Counted from the first letter of the stretch, positions 29,395 through 38,241 are shown. The stretch: DNA of 64,000 nucleotides from Candidatus Magasanikiibacteriota bacterium (GCA_016182085.1 JACOYB010000008.1:10507-74506), one strand, 5' to 3'. Notes: a model not told the origin generated them from the letters alone. Numbers and translations are program-made.

Positions 29395-31677
29395 CTAATT
29401 CACCCCAGCCAACAATGATTTTATCTTATCAATTATATCCTTGTTATTTGGATTTAGATCTTTCACTTTATAATAATATTCCAAAGCTTTGGCCTTATCG
29501 CCTCTATTTTCATATAACAAACCAAGACTGTATAACGCATTGGAGTAACTTGGTTGCAATTTTACTGCTTCCAACCATAATTTTTCCGCGTCGTTTTTGT
29601 CGGCTCTGGTGCCACGGTTGTACAGCAGTCTTCCAAAGTTGAACAAAATTTCCGGATTATTTCCCGCGCCGGATTGCAATAAATTTTTATATACCTCTAT
29701 CGCCTTATCTGTTTCCTTGTTTAATTCATACGCGCTGCTGAGCGTTACATATGCGCCCAGATAATCTCTTTTTAGAGAAACCGCTTTTTCATAATATTCA
29801 ATGGCTTTGGGAATATTTTTTTGCAGCATATAATTATTTCCCAAGCGCCACATAAGAATTGGGTTGGTAGGTTCTAGCTCGCTTGCTTTATCCAAAGATT
29901 TTATTGCCCAATCGGTGGCTTCAGGAATTAAGGCTGATGTATTTTCATACATCGTAGCCAAATTTTCCCAAATAGCCACGCTGTTTGGAGAAAGTTCAGT
30001 TGCCACCCTAGCTTCATTTACAGCCCTGGATAATAAATCCGTAACAGCCTGCACATTGGGATTGTTTTCTTTTGAAAGCTGGCTTGCCTGTACTAAATAG
30101 GCGCTCGCAATCGCGGTATGATAAATGTCCGAACTGCGACGCAAGGACAACGCTTTTTGTAAACTCATTTCTGTTTGCTCATAACCGCTTTCCTGCAAAC
30201 CGCGAGCAAACACGCGATCGGCCACATAAAATCTTGCGCCAAGAATTCCCACCATTACTACCATCGCCATTACCACGATCGCGCTAAAAGAAAATACCAA
30301 ATTGTACTGAGGCGTATCTTCCAAAGTCCAGTGTTTTTCTTTCACCATATTATGACCAAGGAGTGACAAGCCGGAGATTACAATTCCAAGCAACAACCAC
30401 CAAAAAACCCACAACGAAACACTGTAAAAATTAGTTATAAGTCCTACACATAAAACTACCCAGGCGACTACAACTAAAAATACATCCAACCGAATATTGG
30501 TCTTGGTTAAATGCAAACTATGTGAAATACCAAAGGCCGAGCCCCTGGCTTTAAACCAAGTGCTAAACACATGTCCTAAAACAAAAAGCAGTATAAATAC
30601 AAACCCTAATACTACAAGCACCCCGCCTTCAGCCAGCATCGCGAAGAATGAATTAAGCGGCTGCGTGAATCGCAAAGACCAGGCCGTCGGGTGATAATTA
30701 AAATCCGTTGTTCTAAACTTAGAAAAATCAGATGCGAATGTGCCAAGCCCGCTGCCAACCAAAAAATTCTTGGCGCCGGAAAATAATACATTTTTAGTTA
30801 TTGCCCAAGAAGGAGCCATATCAAGAGAAATTTCTGCCGGCACTATGGACTGCAAAGATTTTGGACTGCCAAAAATTATAAAAATACAAGACAGGATTAG
30901 TAGCGCGAATAATGCCGAAAGCCATCCAAGTCTGGCATCCTGCAAAAAACTTACACCGAGCAGCAATAATAAAATTAAACCGATGAGCATTACCCACCAG
31001 AAAAATCCAAAACCCATAATAAGCAATACTCCTAAGCACAAGATCATTACGAAAAAATAAAACAAGGCGCGGCCAACTTCCACATTCTTTTTTATAAGCG
31101 ATCCGGCCGCGATTATAAATACCGGCATAATCCACAAACCAAACGAGCTATTAATTCCGTCTACCGTATTCCAGAATTGATTTATAAACGGCAAGTCCAA
31201 ACCAAAAGCGGTTTTTAAAATAAATAAAATTGAAGCAAATCCCCCTACTCCGAGTATGGCATCTAGAACTCCGCGCCACCTATCGGGCGTATGCAATAAA
31301 TTGACAAGAATAAAATAAAATAAAACTAAAAAAACAAAAAAACTAAAGTTAAAGACAAAATATTCCGTGCGACCCAAAAAGCTGTCATAAATACTAGCTG
31401 AAAAGAGAGATGATACAAGCGCGACAGATAAAAATATGAGAAGCGGTACATCTAAAATTGACTTACGATAGTGCACTTTCTTGGAAAGAATTGTCTTTAA
31501 GGCAAATAGCAAAAGATTAACCAACAGAAATCCTGAAAAGATATATTGTTTAGGAAGCGCGTACGCGTTAAGCAAATTTCTATCCACAAACAACGGCACG
31601 ACAATAATATTTAACAGAACTAAACCATACGAAAACCAGTCAAAAAATTTAATAGCTTTTTCATTCTGACTAAGCAT
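29395..31677 (-). CDS. O-antigen ligase-like polytopic membrane protein with C-terminal TPR repeats
   Basis: More than 10 TM helices (Wzy_C-like), then about 6 TPR repeats (…AIEYYEKAVSLKRDYLGAYVTLSSAYE…ALEYYYKVKDLNPNN). Confidence 0.7.
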   Translation of the reverse strand: MLSQNEKAIKFFDWFSYGLVLLNIIVVPLFVDRNLLNAYALPKQYIFSGFLLVNLLLFALKTILSKKVHYRKSILDVPLLIFLSVALVSSLFSASIYDSFLGRTEYFVFNFSFFVFLVLFYFILVNLLHTPDRWRGVLDAILGVGGFASILFILKTAFGLDLPFINQFWNTVDGINSSFGLWIMPVFIIAAGSLIKKNVEVGRALFYFFVMILCLGVLLIMGFGFFWWVMLIGLILLLLLGVSFLQDARLGWLSALFALLILSCIFIIFGSPKSLQSIVPAEISLDMAPSWAITKNVLFSGAKNFLVGSGLGTFASDFSKFRTTDFNYHPTAWSLRFTQPLNSFFAMLAEGGVLVVLGFVFILLFVLGHVFSTWFKARGSAFGISHSLHLTKTNIRLDVFLVVVAWVVLCVGLITNFYSVSLWVFWWLLLGIVISGLSLLGHNMVKEKHWTLEDTPQYNLVFSFSAIVVMAMVVMVGILGARFYVADRVFARGLQESGYEQTEMSLQKALSLRRSSDIYHTAIASAYLVQASQLSKENNPNVQAVTDLLSRAVNEARVATELSPNSVAIWENLATMYENTSALIPEATDWAIKSLDKASELEPTNPILMWRLGNNYMLQKNIPKAIEYYEKAVSLKRDYLGAYVTLSSAYELNKETDKAIEVYKNLLQSGAGNNPEILFNFGRLLYNRGTRADKNDAEKLWLEAVKLQPSYSNALYSLGLLYENRGDKAKALEYYYKVKDLNPNNKDIIDKIKSLLAGVN

Positions 31678-31921
31678 AGATAAAAATATGAATTAACGTA
31701 TTGATTATATCACAGTTATAGAAACCGGCAAAAATATTATCCTCTTTTGCTCTTGGCTATCTGGTTTCTAGTTTTTCTAGGCTTCTACAATTAAAAATTA
31801 AACCACAGTTTATAATAATATAAATTATTTTAATTTTATTGATTTGACATTGAACTTAAAAATATTTATAATAAGTATGTTCCTTTTAACAACATAATGT
31901 TACATGTGAAACATATATATT

Positions 31922-32287
31922 ATGAATTCTTTAATATCTCCTTCTTTAGACTTTATAGCCGGTTTCTTTAGCACAGGCGCTACCTTTATGTGGGTAAAGC
32001 AAAAAAACTTAAAGGTTCCCGTATTCCAAATAAAAATGCAGATTTCGGACCGAGACTTGCTTGAAACGGTAAAATTAAAACTCGGTCTTAAGGAAAAAAT
32101 ATATGAATATAAGTATAAAAATACAAATTATCTTCTTTTACTAGTCCGAAAACGATCAAGTATAGAAAATGTCATAATTCCAACTTTTGACGGGAGATTA
32201 TTTGGAAATAAAGCAATTCAATTTGAAAACTGGAAAAATAAGTATTATCAAGAGAAGCTTAACTTTGTTTATAAACACTATAGATAG
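31922..32287 (+). CDS. Free-standing LAGLIDADG-type homing-endonuclease-like ORF (degenerate motif)
   Basis: SLDFIAGFFSTGATFMWV follows the LAGLIDADG dodecapeptide pattern, but the acidic residues are replaced by S/A. A downstream …DRDLLETVKLKLGLKEKIY… segment is typical of this family. It lies in a very AT-rich (~25% GC) patch. Confidence 0.5.
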   Translation: MNSLISPSLDFIAGFFSTGATFMWVKQKNLKVPVFQIKMQISDRDLLETVKLKLGLKEKIYEYKYKNTNYLLLLVRKRSSIENVIIPTFDGRLFGNKAIQFENWKNKYYQEKLNFVYKHYR

Positions 32288-32528
32288 ATACAAAATGTTT
32301 CACGGGAAACTTTTGTAGGAATAAGTTCTATTTATAGCTACTTTAGTTAACAAAGTTACTAATAGTAGTAGTTACACAAATTCAAGTTTAATATAGTTAA
32401 AAATCTTCTAAAATTAGCCACTATTTATAATTAAAGTGTATAAATTTGTATAGACTAATGTATACAAATATCCCCATATCCACCTAGTTATACACAGACT
32501 TATCCACTTATTTTTTACCTTAAAACCA

Positions 32529-32557
32529 TTGACAAATGGCCTATTTTAAGGTATATG
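32529..32557 (+). promoter_or_regulatory. Sigma70-like promoter for the metalloprotease gene
   Basis: TTGACA, a 17-bp spacer, then TATATG. The SD AAGGAG sits 7 nt before the ATG at 32587. Confidence 0.5.
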
Positions 32558-32586
32558 TACCTTCATTAACCGCCAAGGAGATACAC

Positions 32587-33558
32587 ATGCCCAGAACTTT
32601 CTGGCTAGTCGTTGCCTTTCTGGTGGTTTTGTCCACCACTGGCTGCACCAAGTGCTCCCAATCAAATGGGACACCGACTTCCACAGATCCGTGTGCGGAT
32701 CAAGGAGAGCGGGATGCCCTCCTGACCATGTGGGAGTCCGACATGGCAACCGCCCAAGTGGAGTTTGGCCTCTCACAGGCCTGGACCAACTGGGTCAACG
32801 AACACAAAGGTTCCTACCAGAATCCCTACATCCACACTCGCTGCCGAGACAAGGCCGCGGAAATTCTGGTCCTTCTAACCTATTATGGAGGAGCTGGACG
32901 AAAGCCGACCTTCTTCAGAGATGGGTGGACGCAGGAAAAAGAAGATCACTTCCGTGACCTTATGGAAAGGTACATGGAAAAGGTCTTTTCAGGCTTTGAC
33001 TTTTATCTCACCTTCAACTCTGAGGGTTCCAGATGGGTCAACGCCGAAGAAGCTCGTTTGATTTTGGCTGTCGGATACAACGGACCAGCGTCGTTTGCAA
33101 CAGACAAGTACCTCTACCTCATTTATCCGGCTATCGTTGGACATGAGGCGGCACACTTGTGCCCTCAACCTTATGACCAGAATGGCTGGTGTATGGGGTA
33201 CGACCACCATTACTGCAATGACGAAATAGACAATCATGAGCGTTGCGCGCCACCAGGTGAATTTGAAGTAGGCTGCATCATGCACCGCAACGCCCTAACA
33301 TTCGGACCAATGGAGCAAAAGATCTCCGGACTTGATTATCCTTTCTCGCCAGAAGCCCGACAAGCGCTGGAAGACGAGATTGAGGGTATAGGACTGGAGA
33401 TCAAAACCATGTTGCCCGAAGAAATGGTTGCTCGCGGCGAAGCCGAACTTGAAGCGCCACTCAACCACGGTCTTGAGCTGACACCGCAGCAGCGACAAGA
33501 CCACATTGCTCACAAGCAACTTCTCCAGAATGGCCAGTACTGGCTTTCTGGAGAGTAG
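32587..33558 (+). CDS. Lipoprotein zinc metalloprotease (HExxH) encoded in a GC-rich island
   Basis: Signal plus lipobox (LVVLSTTGC) and HEAAH in …AIVGHEAAHLCPQ…. Local GC is about 55-58%, against about 40% nearby. The start is reassigned to the Met preceded by AAGGAG. Confidence 0.65.
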   Translation: MPRTFWLVVAFLVVLSTTGCTKCSQSNGTPTSTDPCADQGERDALLTMWESDMATAQVEFGLSQAWTNWVNEHKGSYQNPYIHTRCRDKAAEILVLLTYYGGAGRKPTFFRDGWTQEKEDHFRDLMERYMEKVFSGFDFYLTFNSEGSRWVNAEEARLILAVGYNGPASFATDKYLYLIYPAIVGHEAAHLCPQPYDQNGWCMGYDHHYCNDEIDNHERCAPPGEFEVGCIMHRNALTFGPMEQKISGLDYPFSPEARQALEDEIEGIGLEIKTMLPEEMVARGEAELEAPLNHGLELTPQQRQDHIAHKQLLQNGQYWLSGE

Positions 33559-33592
33559 GCGAGCAATCAAGGAAGCCACCGGCTTCCGTCGT

Positions 33593-33624
33593 CCACCACC
33601 CTAAAAGGTGGTGTTTTGTTTTTT
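33593..33624 (+). terminator. Rho-independent terminator
   Basis: ccaccacc-ctaaaa-ggtggtg followed by ttttgtttttt. Confidence 0.7.
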
Positions 33625-33664
33625 ACAAAAGTTTCTTAACTAGAATAATCTTGGATCGCTGTGC

Positions 33665-33693
33665 ATATCCTACTACATAGTGTAGTAGGATAT
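33665..33693. promoter_or_regulatory. Perfect 13-bp-arm palindrome containing the TACTACA-N3-TGTAGTA motif
   Basis: atatcctactaca-tag-tgtagtaggatat. The core is shared with the sites at 38203 and 39777. Confidence 0.5.
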
Positions 33694-33750
33694 GAGTTTG
33701 CTTATTAAAATACAAAAGCCGCCAAAATTTACACACATCTTGACGGCGCC

Positions 33751-34035
33751 TCACCATACACAATATGCAATAGTGAAAACAACTGAACCTCCAATCCACA
33801 ACCGGGTTGTCCATGAAATCTTTCTACGCTCTTGCCAATCCCGAATCATTTTCCCGAATACACGACTGTTTAAGAGCCGCTTGTGGAATTTTTCCGATCC
33901 CTTGTTGTAACAACCGGCTGCCAGAAACGCAAACAGGGCGGCCGGCACATGCGGCAATACTAACCCCAGAAAGGCGAGGATTGCTGCCAAATGCCCGGCA
34001 AAAACAAAAAGCCATTTCGGGACTTTGACCTTCAT
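33751..34035 (-). CDS. YbaN/DUF454-family inner-membrane protein
   Basis: LGLVLPHVPAALFAFLAAGCYNKGSEKFHKRLLNSRVFG matches the YbaN pattern (LPxxPxxxFxLLAAxCxxxxSxRFHxWLL). The region is GC-rich. Confidence 0.65.
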   Translation of the reverse strand: MKVKVPKWLFVFAGHLAAILAFLGLVLPHVPAALFAFLAAGCYNKGSEKFHKRLLNSRVFGKMIRDWQERRKISWTTRLWIGGSVVFTIAYCVW

Positions 34036-34089
34036 TACTTTCTCCTTTAGTTCCCTTAGCCAAACTACTTTTTCGTTTAAGTTTCTTTG

Positions 34090-34160
34090 TGGACCTGGCG
34101 AGAATCGAACTCGCGTCTGAGCAATGCGAATGCCCTATACTACCACTGTAATACAGGCCC
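34090..34160 (-). tRNA. tRNA-Ala (anticodon CGC)
   Basis: Reverse complement GGGCCTGTATTACAGTGGTAGTATAGGGCATTCGCATTGCTCAGACGCGAGTTCGATTCTCGCCAGGTCCA. It has the G3:U70 pair and anticodon loop TTCGCAT. Confidence 0.7.
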
Positions 34161-34168
34161 TAATATTT

Positions 34169-34188
34169 TGTGCCCCCAGCATGAATTG
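34169..34188. repeat. Direct repeat of the 3' 20 nt of tRNA-Arg (possible att remnant)
   Basis: tgtgcccccagcatgaattg occurs at 34169-34188 and again at 34319-34338, inside the tRNA. The two copies are separated by 130 nt of GC-rich sequence. Confidence 0.6.
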
Positions 34189-34320
34189 GCTTCGGCTCTT
34201 ACTCGCTTCCACTCATTCGGCCTAGCCACCGCCTCGCGGCCGCACTCGCCAGCCTGCGTCGTGCGACATCACTCCGGCGTTCAATTCATATCGCAACACA
34301 CGCAGGTGTGTTGCGCTTTG

Positions 34321-34392
34321 TGCCCCCAGCATGAATTGAACACACATCTTACCCTTAGGACGGGTCTGTTCTATCCGTTGAACTATGGGGGC
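34321..34392 (-). tRNA. tRNA-Arg (anticodon CCT)
   Basis: Reverse complement GCCCCCATAGTTCAACGGATAGAACAGACCCGTCCTAAGGGTAAGATGTGTGTTCAATTCATGCTGGGGGCA. The fold has acceptor GCCCCCA/TGGGGGC, D-stem GTTC/GAAC and anticodon loop GTCCTAA. The T-stem is weak, with two G·U pairs. Confidence 0.6.
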
Positions 34393-34456
34393 AAATTGAA
34401 TTGATAAATGAAACTATATAGGAAAAATGTTGTTTTGACAATGAGCCTATCCCGAT

Positions 34457-35575
34457 TTGAAACTTTCCTTGTTCAAGGCTATAATTGCAAGTGCTATGCA
34501 AACCATTCTCTTCATATTTCTAATCATACTTTCACTTGGCTTGGCCGCGGCGGTTTTTTTACTTATCAAAAAACAAGGAACTAAACCAAACGACGGCGAA
34601 CAAAATCTTTTCTTAATGCTGCAAAACCAAATCCAGGATTTAAATAGGCTGGTAGAACAAAAGATTACCGACACGCATAAAGTAATGAGCGATACTCAGG
34701 CAAATTTAAACAAAACTATCCAATCGCAATTTGGCCAAAGCATGAAAATAATTACCGATGTCACGGAACGCCTGGCCAAACTGGACGAAACTAATCGCCA
34801 GGTTATCAGTTTCACCGACCAGTTACAAAATTTGCAAGATATTTTAAAAAATCCAAAGCAGAGAGGGATTTTGGGGGAATATTATCTGGAAACACTCCTC
34901 AAAAATGTCTTGGCTCCTAGCCAATACCAAATGCAATACGGATTTAAAAACGGCGAAATTGTGGACGCGGTTGTATTTGTAAAGGATAAAATTATTCCGG
35001 TTGATTCTAAATTTTCTTTAGAAAATTATAATAGAATGATTGAAACAACTGATGCGACAGAGAAATCCAGATTAGAAAAACTTTTTGTAAATGATCTGAA
35101 ATTGCGCATTACCGAAACCGCCAAATATATCAGGCCCGAAGAGGGGACAATGGAATTTGCTTTTATGTTCATTCCTCATGAGGCTATATATTACGATCTT
35201 CTTATAAATAAAATTGGCGCCATCACCGAAGATACCGAAAACCTGATCCAGCGCGCCGCCGGTAAGTATAAAGTTATAATTGTTTCACCCACCTCATTTT
35301 TGGCATACTTACAAACTGTCTTGCAGGGCCTAAAAGCCATGCAGATAGAAGAAACAACCAAAGATATCATAAAGCGCGTTGGGGAAATTGGCACCCACTT
35401 AAAAAAATATGAAGAGTACCATAATAAGTTAGGCAGCTCTCTCGGCACGACAGTCAACCATTTCAATAGTTCAAGCAAGGAATTCAAAAAGATAGATAAA
35501 GATGTGGTTCGTATTACCGGTGGTTCGGCCGGTTTTGAAATTGCCCTCATAGACAAGCCGGACTCTGAAGAATAG
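34457..35575 (+). CDS. rmuC: DNA recombination protein RmuC
   Basis: N-terminal TM, coiled-coil, then RmuC core motifs (GEYYLETLL…FAFMFIPHEAIYY…VIIVSPTSFLAYLQTV). Confidence 0.85.
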   Translation: MKLSLFKAIIASAMQTILFIFLIILSLGLAAAVFLLIKKQGTKPNDGEQNLFLMLQNQIQDLNRLVEQKITDTHKVMSDTQANLNKTIQSQFGQSMKIITDVTERLAKLDETNRQVISFTDQLQNLQDILKNPKQRGILGEYYLETLLKNVLAPSQYQMQYGFKNGEIVDAVVFVKDKIIPVDSKFSLENYNRMIETTDATEKSRLEKLFVNDLKLRITETAKYIRPEEGTMEFAFMFIPHEAIYYDLLINKIGAITEDTENLIQRAAGKYKVIIVSPTSFLAYLQTVLQGLKAMQIEETTKDIIKRVGEIGTHLKKYEEYHNKLGSSLGTTVNHFNSSSKEFKKIDKDVVRITGGSAGFEIALIDKPDSEE

Positions 35576-35681
35576 CAACCCTTGACTTTTACTGTAAAAA
35601 GTAGTACTGTATGCAAGTTGGAATTAATAAACTTCACTCTCATTTTTATTTATTCTGCCTTAAATCAACATTTTAAACACT

Positions 35682-35927
35682 ATGCCTAATATTCAAAGTG
35701 CGAGAAAAGAACTTCGTAAAGCCAAAAAACGCGCCGCCTTAAATAAATTGCGCCGCGATACATATAAAAATTTGCTAAAAACCGCCGTGGTTTCCAAATC
35801 TGCAGATGCAGTCAAGGCCGCTCAAAAAGCCCTAGACAAAGCCGCTAAAAACGGTGTTATCAAAAAGAACACCGCCGCCCGCAAATTGTCCCGCTTGATG
35901 AAAAAATTGAATAAGACCAAAAAATAA
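35682..35927 (+). CDS. rpsT: 30S ribosomal protein S20
   Basis: MPNIQSARKELRKAKKRAALNK… is an S20 signature. Confidence 0.9.
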   Translation: MPNIQSARKELRKAKKRAALNKLRRDTYKNLLKTAVVSKSADAVKAAQKALDKAAKNGVIKKNTAARKLSRLMKKLNKTKK

Positions 35928-35946
35928 AGCTTAGTATAAATTAAAA

Positions 35947-36051
35947 TAGGTATTGTATTTTGCAACACACCGGAGGCCGATTCGCATCGGCCGAGGTCTG
36001 AAGCGACCAGTCGCCACAGCGACTGGGACGCTGTTTGCAAAAGACAATACC
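35947..36051. ncRNA. Structured element copy A (long outer stem enclosing two hairpins); strand unresolved
   Basis: Outer stem ggtattgtattttgcaa/ttgcaaaagacaatacc, with inner hairpins ggccga-ttcgca-tcggcc and agtcgc-caca-gcgact. The core is about 90% identical to the copy at 54707-54825. Confidence 0.45.
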
Positions 36052-36093
36052 TGTTTTATTTATGTTTGCTAAATATAGCTTCCTCTTTTTAAT

Positions 36094-37059
36094 TTAACTC
36101 AATCTCGCTACAAACAAATCAATAAGCCAAGACTGGTCCGCAAGACCGGTCTTTGTTTTTATATCTATTTCCAAAAGCTGATTATAAATATCTTTTAATT
36201 TATCAAGCGAATATCTTTTAATAAGCGGTAATGATTTTTTTACCACAAACGGATGAAGCCCGAGCATTTTTGCCATCTGGTCGCTGGAAATATTTTCTTC
36301 TCTATTAAATAAATCACGAAGTGAAATAAGAATTCTAAACTGGCGCAAAATCATACTAAATAAATATCCGTCGTCTTGTCCCAAGCGCCTCTGATCTTCA
36401 ATTAGTTTGAACGCCAACTTTTGATTGCCGGCGACGATCGCATCAACCATATTAAAGATATTATCATCGGATTTTTCTTCCAAAAACAACTGTACATCAG
36501 AAAGAGCGATCTCTTTTGTGCCAGCATACGCCACCAGCTGATCAATGAGCGAACTGGCATGCCACATATCGCTCCCCGCGTGCTCTGCCAAATAATTTAA
36601 CGCGGCGGCGGAAATTGTACCACCGCGCGCAACAACTTCATTTTTTATCCAAGAAGTAAGTGCTGCGCCGCTAAGCAATGCAAATTCTTTAGCCCATGTT
36701 GCTTTAGCCAATATTTTATGCAATTCCTGAACGACCTTGGATTTTCCCATTGGCTCGGATTGGTAAAAAATTACAACGTTTTTTTCGGGGATTTTATTCT
36801 CTTTCACTCCTTGGATAAAGGACTCCAGTGTATCTGCATCTTTAGTAGATAAAATATTTTGAATAACTACAAGTCTTTTCTCCGCCAAAAATGGCATGGC
36901 AGTTATTTCATTCCACAAACGGCTGCTTTCTTCCTTTTGCCCATTCAAAATCACCACATTCATGCCTTGCGGGTCTCTTTCTTTTTTAAATCTTTCTATC
37001 TGTAATTTTAGATAGTTGTGGCTGGAAAATGTATCTTCGCCGTAAATATATATAATCAT
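36094..37059 (-). CDS. holA: DNA polymerase III delta subunit
   Basis: N-terminal IYIYGEDTF and the HolA clamp-loader delta fold pattern. The start is moved to the internal Met (MIIYIYG). Confidence 0.75.
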   Translation of the reverse strand: MIIYIYGEDTFSSHNYLKLQIERFKKERDPQGMNVVILNGQKEESSRLWNEITAMPFLAEKRLVVIQNILSTKDADTLESFIQGVKENKIPEKNVVIFYQSEPMGKSKVVQELHKILAKATWAKEFALLSGAALTSWIKNEVVARGGTISAAALNYLAEHAGSDMWHASSLIDQLVAYAGTKEIALSDVQLFLEEKSDDNIFNMVDAIVAGNQKLAFKLIEDQRRLGQDDGYLFSMILRQFRILISLRDLFNREENISSDQMAKMLGLHPFVVKKSLPLIKRYSLDKLKDIYNQLLEIDIKTKTGLADQSWLIDLFVARLS

Positions 37060-37241
37060 AATAATTAGCTTTCCAATAAGCATTACAATTTTAATGCTTA
37101 TCTTCTTTTTTAGCAATATTTTACATTGACAAAATCAAAAAAATATAGTAGTGTGGGTCTCACCCATATATGGTGATTCCTTCGGCGGAACTAATATCCG
37201 CCAGCACCTAACAGGGCTTTTCCCTTCCGAAACGGAGCATC

Positions 37242-37631
37242 ATGAACAACCCCGATCCTTTCGATCCGCCCGATGAACTGGACCAGACGCTGCACGGCGA
37301 CGAGGTGCCGCCGACAACTACGACCAGCGACGAGACTGGCGAAGACGATGAGTCCACGGCCGATACCATGGACCGGAACCGACCCCCGTCCGACGGCTCC
37401 CCGCTTGCAGATGAGGCCGTGTTCATTGAGCTCGGCGAGATCGCCGATGCCATTGACGAGGTGATTGATGACGATCTGAAGTTTGATCGTAATCAGCCCG
37501 TCACCATGAGCGGTCAAATCGGCACTGCCAAGTCCAGTCCGGCCCATGACGCCAGGCTTCACCAATGGAAAGCCATTAACGTGGACGCTTCCATTGGCGG
37601 CGGTACGGATGCGAGTAATCGCCTTCCCTAG
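37242..37631 (+). CDS. Acidic hypothetical protein encoded in a GC-rich island (~60% GC)
   Basis: A GGAG SD sits 6 nt upstream of the ATG. The ORF is highly acidic and low-complexity (DPPDELDQTLHGDEVPPTTTTSDETGEDDEST…), with strong terminators immediately after it. Confidence 0.5.
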   Translation: MNNPDPFDPPDELDQTLHGDEVPPTTTTSDETGEDDESTADTMDRNRPPSDGSPLADEAVFIELGEIADAIDEVIDDDLKFDRNQPVTMSGQIGTAKSSPAHDARLHQWKAINVDASIGGGTDASNRLP

Positions 37632-37650
37632 CGAGGGCGAACAAGGAGAA

Positions 37651-37725
37651 TATGGTAGCTGTTCTGAGGAAACAGAACAGCTACCACCTATAAATTAAAG
37701 CATCGCGCCTCAAGCGCGTTTTTTT
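37651..37725 (+). terminator. Two hairpins, the second a canonical rho-independent terminator
   Basis: gtagctgttctg-aggaaa-cagaacagctac is a perfect 12-bp stem. gcgcctcaagcgcg followed by ttttttt is the second hairpin. Confidence 0.7.
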
Positions 37726-37831
37726 AATGGTCCCAGACCATAGAGGGGTTGACTAACCCCTCAAAATATGGTAAGTTATCTTCGCCCTAGCGACAGCCTG
37801 CAAGGCTTTCCCGCTAGCGCACAGGAACTAC

Positions 37832-37942
37832 ATGCAGAAGAACAACATCGCCAACCCCCGCGGTCGTCCGACCAGCAACACGGAGGCCCTCGTTCATAGC
37901 GATCGCAAGAATCTCGACAACACCGGCGCCGGCGCCAACTGA
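37832..37942 (+). CDS. Small ORF (36 aa) in GC-rich island, SD-preceded
   Basis: AGGA 6 nt before the ATG. The product is MQKNNIANPRGRPTSNTEALVHSDRKNLDNTGAGAN. A TTGACT-N17-TAAGTT promoter-like sequence lies at 37749-37777. Confidence 0.3.
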   Translation: MQKNNIANPRGRPTSNTEALVHSDRKNLDNTGAGAN

Positions 37943-38033
37943 TCCCAGCTCGACGCCGACGACAACGGTCTCGCGACCTGAATCCTCATCCTGAGGAGCC
38001 GGGCCGGGGCCGATCCTCCGCGCTGCGGGAGAG

Positions 38034-38144
38034 CATCATGGAGAACTTCCTGACAACAGGATGTTCCACCTGGCTCAAGCAGCCACCGGAAGGGCGGCGG
38101 CACCAAGTCTTCGGACACGGTGCCGCCGCCCACTCCGTCTATAA
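38034..38144 (+). CDS. Small ORF (36 aa) in GC-rich island, SD-preceded
   Basis: GGAGAG 5 nt before the ATG. The product is MENFLTTGCSTWLKQPPEGRRHQVFGHGAAAHSVYN. Coordinates are approximate. Confidence 0.25.
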   Translation, partial: HHGELPDNRMFHLAQAATGRAAAPSLRTRCRRPLRL

Positions 38145-38202
38145 TTAACTCAGCCATTACTTAGCTCACGCATACCTTGCGGGCTTTTTTTGTTTTATGC
38201 TA

Positions 38203-38219
38203 TACTACACATTGTAGTA
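38203..38219. promoter_or_regulatory. Candidate BlaI-family operator TACTACA-cat-TGTAGTA overlapping the promoter of the repressor gene
   Basis: A perfect palindrome 23 bp upstream of the ATG at 38242. BlaI/MecI/CopY repressors bind TACA/TGTA dyads. Confidence 0.6.
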
Positions 38220-38241
38220 AATTTTTTATCCTAAAAAATAT

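Noticed and set aside
33665-33693. The 13-bp-arm palindrome as a rho-independent terminator for the convergent metalloprotease/YbaN genes
   Set aside because: It has a 3-nt loop and no adjacent T-run on either strand, and the metalloprotease already has a canonical terminator 40 bp upstream. An operator reading is preferred, though not proven.
33692-34063. ORFs 33692..33910(+), 33807..34028(+), 33824..34063(-) and 33623..33814(-)
   Set aside because: They overlap the better-supported YbaN-like gene (33751..34035, minus), whose product matches the DUF454 pattern. The others have no motifs.
37894-38157. 87-aa minus-strand ORF in GC-rich island 2, and 50186..50548(+), 50299..50565(-), 50322..50546(-) in island 3
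   Set aside because: GC-rich DNA yields long spurious ORFs in several frames. Only the frames with SD and promoter signals were kept.
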